A stretch of DNA of 63,921 bases, filler included, from Perkinsus chesapeaki ATCC PRA-425 (Eukaryota > Protista > Perkinsozoa): assembly GCA_013115145.1 (NCBI GenBank). It is 9 parts of 9 records of this genome, joined end to end, with 100 filler letters (N's around TTAATTAATTAA, not from the genome) between each part and the next. Parts side by side here need not be neighbours in the genome. Positions count along the whole stretch, not along the records: positions 23,018 to 30,697 come from JAAPAO010001017.1; positions 30,798 to 32,421 come from JAAPAO010001861.1; positions 32,522 to 38,406 come from JAAPAO010001121.1; 6 more parts are not named here. One strand, 5' to 3'. The number at the start of each line of letters is the position of its first letter. Positions within the stretch are counted from its first letter, which is position 1. Positions 24,714-32,932 of this stretch are shown here, one piece after another. The notes beneath the pieces were generated by a model that made no database searches, was not told the origin of the DNA, and worked only from the letters and a program-made list of their open reading frames with translations. The translations under genes and the position numbers were made by a program.

Positions 24714-25544
24714 TTATGGCGAAGGATGAAGTACAGCAAACAATTCATCTATATCAACCCGCTGAGTTTTTGGACCCTTAGGAGGTACCCATCCACGACT
24801 TAGTGCATCAGCAAAGGTATTACATTCACCTTTCACATAGACTGATCTATAAGACAACGGAAGCGCCTGTGATGCAAGGACAAGTGCTAACTCGCGCAAT
24901 AAAATACTCATACGAAATCGCGAACTGTAGCAACGTGATAAAGCACGCGAGGCAGCTGAGTTATCAGATAGCAGGACAAAATGATCATTTCCATTACATC
25001 GCACCCGAATAGCTAAGCATATTCCCAAGCAAAGAGCTAGCAGTTCCAAACGACAAACATCATCAGGACATGTCTTGTTAGGAGATGTGAGGATAGACTC
25101 GCGAAAATGGAAAGGAATATCATTTACTGAACACGCAAAATACAATAAAGTGTCGGTGTGCGGTTGCCGAAGCCATCCACCAATGCCATTTAAGCAAGCA
25201 TCAGTAGCAATTACATAGGGAGCATCAGACGGTTTGGGTAAAATGACCATTGACATGGTAATTAGCTGTGTCTTCCAAAGAGCAAGATCAGCACGCAATG
25301 ATTTACCAATTTGAAACTTTCGCCAATTGTGACGTTCACAATATGAAATCGCACTAAATAACCCACTAAGATACGACTTCAAATAGGGAGTCAATTGGGA
25401 AAACCAAGTCAAACGACCTGTTAACCTATGGGCAGTATGCAAATCCATCCAACCAGAATGCAGTGCACAATCGATATCCTCAGTGATAAGGTCAACCTTA
25501 TAGGAGGGAACTGATATCGAGATTTGAACATCAGAACCAGGCAT
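24714..25544 (-). CDS. RT thumb + DIRS-type RNase H (276 aa), separate ORF
   Basis: ISVPSYK...HRLTGRLTWFSQL (thumb), then IATDAC...GIGG, CRLELLAL, LLSDNSAA, YVKGECNTFADALSR (RNase H D-E-D-D). Confidence 0.9.
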   Translation of the reverse strand: MPGSDVQISISVPSYKVDLITEDIDCALHSGWMDLHTAHRLTGRLTWFSQLTPYLKSYLSGLFSAISYCERHNWRKFQIGKSLRADLALWKTQLITMSMVILPKPSDAPYVIATDACLNGIGGWLRQPHTDTLLYFACSVNDIPFHFRESILTSPNKTCPDDVCRLELLALCLGICLAIRVRCNGNDHFVLLSDNSAASRALSRCYSSRFRMSILLRELALVLASQALPLSYRSVYVKGECNTFADALSRGWVPPKGPKTQRVDIDELFAVLHPSP

Positions 25545-25630
25545 TTAATGATAAGATGCTCAAAACCTGAATAAAATGCCTCTCTTAGAAACTCAACAAG
25601 AAAGAATGTAGAGCAATATTTATACAAGGG

Positions 25631-27055
25631 TTATACAACAAGAGTAAAACCTAGTATAGTACTAGAAGGGTCATTGATCGACAACTTTTCCCAGGCAAGA
25701 GGAAAATTAAGCACCTTTAGAAACAAACAGTAGAAAGCTGTTATAAAGGGGAGGATAGCAGACGGAGCGAAAACGCTTACATCATCAACATACACAAGCA
25801 AAGCAAATGTGTAGCCTTTCAGCAGCCAGTTTATCAGACGCTGATGTGAACTTGCTATTCTAGCCCAGATATAAGGACTAGACCGTAGTCCAAATGGAAA
25901 CCGGCGGTGGGTGGCTAATAACCACCCACCAGCCGGATTCCGTACCTTAATGGCCAGATACTTAGCTTCCTCCTTATCCAGAAGTACATTCCTAAAAGCA
26001 GATTTGTAATCAATGCCTGCAACACCCCAGGAGGTATTTGTGGCTGCCGAATGCGAGGCTATCAGGCGCAAAATATGTTGGTAGTCAGACAATGTTGGTA
26101 ACACTGGACTTTCACGGAGAAAGTGATGCTCAACTGACAACCTATTAATACCATTGGCAGAATAATCTTCAACAACACGAACCGATACTTCGGGATCAAG
26201 AAGGTTAGCATTTGGTGGAGCCCCTTTTTTTGCGAGTATAGCACATCGAACAAAGGTTAAACCCTCTTCAGAAAACTCCTGTTGCATACGTTGTTGGCGA
26301 ATTTCGGAAACAGTAGACGTGAAGAGCCTATCCTGAGCAACTTCAGCACTAATATAGTGCCTCTGAAAACGCTTAGCCAAAGAAGAAGGCTCACGTGAAA
26401 ATATTCGAGACTCGTTAGGCGAGTACCTAGGAAAAATACCCGACTCGGGTATATTCCTCAAAATACCAGCCGGAAAACCACGAGGATCCAGCAAGAGCTC
26501 TTGGAGAGTTGAATCAGGATCACGTGAACGTTTGAGCAGCTCCACATACAAGTCAGCGAAATAATCAGCACCAGACGCTGCAGTAGAGTTGCTCACTGAC
26601 AAAAGATTGCAAAGAGCTTGACGACAAGTTATTGCTGCATCCTCAAATACCTTCGCCGCCGCAGATGAATCAAACGGGTGTGCCTGAGGCAGCTGCTTAT
26701 CAAGCCGGCCAACAATGTGCTCTAAACCATAATCTTTGATGGTTTTGACCATAACTCTAGTGATAGGGTTCCTGTGCTTTAATAGCTTCTTCATAGACGA
26801 AGAAGACCACTTGGGAAGCACCGCGCCAATACCTGTACCATCTTGGTACGTAGGGTACACAGGGGGCAATTGCAGAGCATAGTTGTATAGATTACTTGAG
26901 TTCGTAACATAATCGACAGGGTGGCGATCAGTGGTTCCTTGAACTCTTGCTGCAACATCAATTTGTCGAACTTGAGCGAAAGTCTTCTTCTCGCGACGAA
27001 CAGAATAAGCTTTTCGACGAGCCGTCTTCGCTGCAGATGAACGCTTGCCTGCCAT
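25631..27055 (-). CDS. Reverse transcriptase (fingers/palm, 474 aa)
   Basis: VRVVEDYS, GIDYKSAFRNV, FPFGLRSSPYIW, LVYVDD, LAWEK and TILGF are RT domains 2-7 of DIRS type. The ORF stops right after domain 7. Confidence 0.92.
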   Translation of the reverse strand: MAGKRSSAAKTARRKAYSVRREKKTFAQVRQIDVAARVQGTTDRHPVDYVTNSSNLYNYALQLPPVYPTYQDGTGIGAVLPKWSSSSMKKLLKHRNPITRVMVKTIKDYGLEHIVGRLDKQLPQAHPFDSSAAAKVFEDAAITCRQALCNLLSVSNSTAASGADYFADLYVELLKRSRDPDSTLQELLLDPRGFPAGILRNIPESGIFPRYSPNESRIFSREPSSLAKRFQRHYISAEVAQDRLFTSTVSEIRQQRMQQEFSEEGLTFVRCAILAKKGAPPNANLLDPEVSVRVVEDYSANGINRLSVEHHFLRESPVLPTLSDYQHILRLIASHSAATNTSWGVAGIDYKSAFRNVLLDKEEAKYLAIKVRNPAGGWLLATHRRFPFGLRSSPYIWARIASSHQRLINWLLKGYTFALLVYVDDVSVFAPSAILPFITAFYCLFLKVLNFPLAWEKLSINDPSSTILGFTLVV

Positions 27056-27237
27056 CCGAAAGAAATAACTTAAAAAACAACAAATATTTTATTATTAGGA
27101 TGTAATCCTGGAGCACAACCTAATAACTGTTGGTATAGAAAAAAACAATCGAAATACATCAATTGAAATTCAACCATTGAACAGTTCAATATGAACCATT
27201 ATCGAGAAGACAACCTGAGTCATCTATAGACCATAGG

Positions 27238-28455
27238 TTACGTTGACTTTGATTCAAGAGACTTTGATGACTGAACCATTGATTGAGAACCATGTGAAGT
27301 TGTCGACGAGGACGATTTCTGTTCACGGCCTTTGCCTTTACCATACATCGAATCACGACTACTACCAAAGTCCGTAGATGTCTTGGACAAACCATTATCA
27401 ATTTTGGCACGTTTACGATTTGTAAACTGCTTGGCCGATGAAGTATTGTTGTAGTTTCTCCGTAGGTTGTCAATCTGCATAGAAGCTACTACATCAACAA
27501 TTATGGGGGAAGCCACCATCTCATTCGTGAGTGCCTGTGGAAAGGTCATATGTTCCGAACGGACCAAATCATCAACTTTCTGTCGGATGCGTGCATCAGC
27601 ACTTACGGCAGCTTTCCACCCATGACTTGCAGCAGCTTCTAACAAACGACTCAAATAGGCCATGAAGTGGTGAGGTGCCACAGCAGTTCGCAAATCAGTC
27701 GATGCTTGAGCTGCATCTTCTGATAGAGACGAATCATCACCAGAAGGCAGTACATCTACAACATTCTGATTCGAGGCAGAAGTGGACTGTAGTTTATGCA
27801 CCATTAAATTAGTACCATTTGAAATAGCAGTTTGAACAATCAATACTGCAGAGGACCAAGTAAAGAAGACTTTCAAGAATTGCGCAGAACTAGGCCCATA
27901 TCTAGTTGGTTCCTCTCTCTGACTGTTTTCAAAGTCAAAAGACAATTGAGAACCACCTTTAATCAGTACAGGAGCACCATCAGGCGTAACTGCCACTTCA
28001 ACATCTTTCTGAGAAGACTTCGCCATCTGCGAATTGAAATTGATAAAAGTATGTATACCACCTCGGTAAAGTACTTCAAGCATACGCTGAGAAGGTATAA
28101 ATACCAAATCACCCAGTTCAGATTGAACTTTGCGAATTGCAGAAGCAAACTACAGCCGTTCCTTAATATTAGACGGCTTCGGTGCCGAAGCTATAGCATT
28201 CGATACAGCAAAATTCAACTGAGCTGATGCTTCTTTAGCAGCACTTGATAGAACAACCGATGCCAATGGAGCTTTTAACTTCAATGCATCATCAGCTTCA
28301 AGGGAAGACATAACCTTCTTGAACAATTCAGACTCGGGAGATAGTGACTCAAGTAACCTTAGCTGCTTGACACCATTCTCATCAAGAATCTTCGTAAGGC
28401 CTTCAGTTAGGTCCTTATCATCACATAGTGACGAAATGATCTCGCTAGTCGACAT
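27238..28455 (-). CDS. Gag-like protein, interrupted by one in-frame TAG at 28150-28152
   Basis: ORFs 28150-28581 and 27238-28107 are in the same frame, separated only by TAG (KERL*FASAIRKVQSELG). C-terminal MAYLSRLLEAAASHGWKAAVSADARIR resembles the YxxxxxxxxxxxxWxxxxxxDxxxR motif of YR-element gags. Likely ATG at 28455. Confidence 0.7.
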
Positions 28456-30697
28456 TTGGATGTGGCAAGAAAAGGTACACAACTGACGATACAGGATAAA
28501 CCCGGAAAGGAGGAAAACCTCCAAGGACACACCGACTTCTGTCAGCAGCTTAACCCACTCACAAAAGAGTCGCTGGACCACCCTAAAGATGGTAGAGTCG
28601 GTGTAGGATCGAGGTGGACCACGTCATACAACAGGTCCACACAAGTTCCCAGTCCAAATGCCTAAAGCATGTACTTTATGAAACCTTATCAAATCCAGAA
28701 TTAATCAAAACAGAGGTTTGACCTATTCAGGATCTGGTCGGCGAGAAATACGTTGGAACACGCACGTTCGCAGTTCCAAACGTATTATTTGCATGGCCTA
28801 AAGCCTCGATAGTCACTAACTATCTTCATTATCTGGGGACAGCTTAGCTTAGCTGTTGTGTATGTGATTCTTGCGAGATCGCAAGCTTGTTTTGTGTTGG
28901 CGTGTCCCGGTAGTGTTGTCTTGGTTGCGTCCGGCGCCAATCTGGTCGGCGCATGCAATGTAAGCAAACCTTCGAAGGTATGTTTCAACCACAGAAAAGT
29001 CTCCGCCGTTTCTTCCGAAGAACTACCAAGAGGCTACAAAAGAAAGCTAGCTAAAGAGGGATAGCTCTAGGCCTTTCAGTAACCCATACCTGGTCATGAT
29101 TCCATCTCACTCAGTAACAGCAAGAGGGCATTTCCGACCGTGAGCTATTCTCGTATACGAACGGTAAGTCTGGCTAGAAGTACGATGAGTACTTGGACAT
29201 GCATATCCCCATGTGGCAGTTCTCGATAAAATTCGCCTTTCGTTTTCTTCAGTCTGGAACTCTCAACTGCCCTATTAGCTGCTCTCCGTGTAGGTCCAGT
29301 ACTGGAGCGAGTTCAGGGCCGTATAGAGTTAATCAAGAAGTACGGGAATAGAGCTCAGAGACCTCCCCGTGGTTATTCCTGGAAACGTTTGGAGTGCCAA
29401 GGTCTTTAACTTGCGCAACGCAAGTTGCGCTCCCCCCATTTTTTTTCAAGTAGCACGGAGGGCATGTGTCCTAACTCATGTCGAGCTAGTTCGCATGCGA
29501 CAGAGCAGAGAAGCACCTTGTCTCTCTCTGTCAACCAACCCAATCCGCCGTGCTTCTTGAGTTAATGGCTTAGGCGTTGAATACGGGTCCAACTGATGCT
29601 GTTTGATTTCCCGATCCTAAACGCTATTTATTAGGAGTTACTCGTGAGTGTGTTACAAAGTACCCAGCGAAACATGATATCGAAAAAATACACGAGTTGC
29701 CGAAACCCTTTCCTCAGCACTCCCAGCCCGGCATCATAAGGGCGCCTGTACAAAGGCTTTGTCATGTAAAGCACGCTGGTTGTATAAGTGAGGAGTGCCT
29801 GTGCGTATGTGTTGATCATCAGGGAAGAATAGGAATAGATGCAGCCGGGTTCTCCACCATGTTAATCATCAGCCTGACGACATCGGAGAGCTCAAGAAAC
29901 CAAGGTGAGGCTAGAATCTAAGAATCTAATCTTAACTTAGTACATTAACAGCAGTACTAGCGTCAAGCTGATCTGAGGTTCCATTGTTGTGCAACTCCCA
30001 CAACAACAGTATGGTGACTCTTTTGAAAAGAGTCTTTTCTGACTCACACTTGGCTGTGCTGGCTAATAGCCATTCTTATCTCGATTCGGCGCCCGGGAGA
30101 AACAACGCATTCCCGATCGAGGTGGGATGATTCTTCGCTGAAGTAGTACAGTACCTCCTTTTCGAGCCTTTTCACGGGTTCGGTTGAATAGCGTTGTTTG
30201 TCTCTAGTCTGAATCAGGCAATCAAATGACTAGAGACTTCGTTGAGCAAAACCTGAAAGTTGCTAGACTTGATGTGTTAGATACACACAATGTTTAGAAT
30301 TAAAATCCGAACAAGTCCGCTCCTCGGTCACGCACGCTCGCGCATTAAGCATGTCACAAGATTCGAGGATCGAGGGTGTCGGTGAATCAGCCGGCTCTGG
30401 ATTATTTTCTAATTTGTTGATAAGAGCAGCAAATAGGAATTGCACGTTGAGGAATAGGAGAGGCAGTGCCTCTGAGGCACTTTCGCGACTAAGCTTATGC
30501 ACTTCGGGACGCAGACTGCGTCACGCAGTTAAAGATATAACTACATAATACAAGAAATATGAGAGGGGAAAAATAGAGATTCTCGAACATAAAAGGATAT
30601 TTTACTACCAAACTGATAGGCAGGAATGCGCGTAGCTTTGTGCACTCCAAGGGGCTCCTAAGCTTTGCTGCGCTCGGGATACCTGGCTACTTCACCG

Positions 30698-30797
30698 NNN
30701 NNNNNNNNNNNNNNNNNNNNNNNNNNNNNNNNNNNNNNNNNTTAATTAATTAANNNNNNNNNNNNNNNNNNNNNNNNNNNNNNNNNNNNNNNNNNNN
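30698..30797. other. Artificial scaffold spacer
   Basis: N44-TTAATTAATTAA-N44. Confidence 0.98.
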
Positions 30798-30897
30798 ATA
30801 CCTCTTCAGTCTGAAATACTTCGGCGCTTTTGTTGTACATGAGTAGCCTGAATTCCGTATCCATCTTCAATCAGAGCTCTCCCAACGTTTCTCCGTA

Positions 30898-31191
30898 ATG
30901 TGCTATTCCTCTACTTATTATTCAGGTACCGCCCTATCCTACGGTATGAGTGGTTATTTCCCTGGTGGAAATGACATGTGGATTACCGTTCTTCCTTTCG
31001 TTGGTGGTATAATTGGTAAATTAGTCTTAAAAAGGATAGTTGCCAAGACCGGTCGTATGAGTATCCTTGTATTCCTTCTTGCGTGTATAACATGTGCCGG
31101 CTGTATTATAGTACTCGTCACCGGTATCATCAGCAATGTGCGTGATGCTTCTAACGGTATCGATATAATGCAAGTCGGTCACGTTTGTTGA
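30898..31191 (+). CDS. TauE/SafE (sulfite exporter, DUF81) family membrane protein, last exon
   Basis: FVGGIIGKLVLKRIVAKTGRMSILVFLLACIT...TG matches the C-terminus of eukaryotic TauE proteins. An acceptor TTATTCAG lies at about 30916-30925. The 5' part is lost at the spacer. Confidence 0.65.
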   Translation: MCYSSTYYSGTALSYGMSGYFPGGNDMWITVLPFVGGIIGKLVLKRIVAKTGRMSILVFLLACITCAGCIIVLVTGIISNVRDASNGIDIMQVGHVC

Positions 31192-31844
31192 TATTCCTAT
31201 TTCTGTTTTCCTGGCCTCTGGTCCGGCAGGAGTGATTCGCTATAAGTCCATTGTGTACGGAATTAGTTCCTCCATTCAGTACTGCTATTAGTAACAGTCT
31301 GTTACATCTGTTTCTCTCTATAGATGGTAATAGCCATCAGTCAGGTCGCTGTCAAAGCCGTTAACGGCGCTTGACGTTTAAATGCACAGTACGATTCTCG
31401 GTTTCCAATACTTGACTTGTTCTCGAGTTGCTGATATTAACTAGTGTAGCACACCAGAAGGATACCGCAGTACCTGAAGCACAGCCCCACATCGAAGGCA
31501 TGCAACTCGTGGTGTAGATTGTGTAGCGCCAAACCGATTTGAGAACGCAAAACGTGTGTTTCATTGAGAGGCATTTCAACATACAATGGCTTCGACGTAC
31601 CCGGAGGGTGTTCAATAAACCGCTATTGACGGACGAGGGAGTCAACCGTTAGGGGCTGAGACGGCTGATATTGATATTAATCCAATCCGATGCTGATTGA
31701 CAGCCCAGAGAAAAGGTAAAGTCATAAAAACGCACGGATATTATTCGAGCTAATGTAGTACGTTAGTAGAAGTAAGATAAATCAATGACGATGGGACTAG
31801 GGAATGTCACCAGCGTTGTGGTGGCTCACGATGTGTTGAAGAAT

Positions 31845-32420
31845 CTATACGCGGGAGAAGGTAACACGTTCACCATGTATTTCAGAGTAAAGAGTAGTCA
31901 CATCGGCGAATACCACGTATGAAAAGTCCATAGATCCAGTGTTAGTCCTACAGACTCTGTTCACCTTTTCTTGATACTGTTGATAAGCCCCGCAACGAGC
32001 ATCCTTCGCATCATAGATAGTGTACCCGAAAAGGTTATCATCGCGATCCAAACGGAAAGGCCAGTAAAGAGTGAAGCGTCCCGGGCACTTCACACCAATT
32101 TCCACACTGTAGTCCGAGCGTACATTAGCTGTAATTTCCATATCCCTGTGAGTGCCTTTGTAAAGGCCTGGGATAAGTAGAAAACCTTGCCTTTTGAGGA
32201 TAATGGTTCGGCCTTGGAAAGTAGTGGTAATGTCATCGGAGGAGATGTACTCGAATCCATAAAAGTCTTCGCTTATCGGGTTAACAGCAGGGCATGCAGC
32301 TCGGATAGGGGCGTACCAACAAGAAGCACTTTCGCATTTTTTGCCGAAGTCGATGGAGTAATGATCTTTGGACAACTCGCGGAAGTTATAGGGGCCATCA
32401 CGGAATACCTCGGCACCCTT
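31845..32420 (-). CDS. Hypothetical beta-rich, Cys-containing protein, 5'-truncated
   Basis: Frame is open from the scaffold end (KGAEVFRDGPYNFRELSKDH...) to the stop at 31845. It has two related halves, each ending in ...G..I.L/F.R. Confidence 0.6.
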   Translation of the reverse strand, partial: KGAEVFRDGPYNFRELSKDHYSIDFGKKCESASCWYAPIRAACPAVNPISEDFYGFEYISSDDITTTFQGRTIILKRQGFLLIPGLYKGTHRDMEITANVRSDYSVEIGVKCPGRFTLYWPFRLDRDDNLFGYTIYDAKDARCGAYQQYQEKVNRVCRTNTGSMDFSYVVFADVTTLYSEIHGERVTFSRV

Positions 32421-32421
32421 A

Positions 32422-32521
32422 NNNNNNNNNNNNNNNNNNNNNNNNNNNNNNNNNNNNNNNNNNNNTTAATTAATTAANNNNNNNNNNNNNNNNNNNNNNN
32501 NNNNNNNNNNNNNNNNNNNNN
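32422..32521. other. Artificial scaffold spacer
   Basis: N44-TTAATTAATTAA-N44. Confidence 0.98.
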
Positions 32522-32932
32522 TAAGAGGGCTGCCTTTTCGACATAGAGTGCAAACAACAAGAACAACAACTTCAGTAACCGTAACAACTGAGAGGTGAGA
32601 TGAACACGCCGTCACGGCTTAACTGTAAAATATACCTATTATGGTGTATTATCACAAACCAATCGTTTTACGATATGCATCTCCCCTGGTATGCATTTCC
32701 CGCGAAGCATTCCTCAAAAACTACTGTAACTTGCTGCGACTGTTGCGAACCAGTAAGATTCAAGCCCAGTGGGTCCCTGTAACTTCTGTGCACAAGATAA
32801 CAGTAATTACGACTAGTCATACGCGAGGCAACACAAAAGCATAATAACCTAGGAAAGGGACTTGCACAACTTTGCTCTGGTAGGGATCTCATCGCATCCC
32901 TCGACCGGGCAATTACTCCAATATACCAAGGC

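Larger units (their letters stand above)
23431..28455 (-). mobile_element. Tyrosine-recombinase retrotransposon (DIRS/Ngaro-like): gag - RT - thumb/RNase H - YR
   Basis: Four co-oriented ORFs in the YR-retroelement domain order. No methyltransferase domain seen. Termini not located; coordinates span the ORFs only. Confidence 0.92.

Noticed and set aside
25545-25555. Programmed -1 ribosomal frameshift joining RT and RNase H
   Set aside because: The RT frame has already terminated at 25631-25633, and ATTAAAT is not a canonical X XXY YYZ slippery site.
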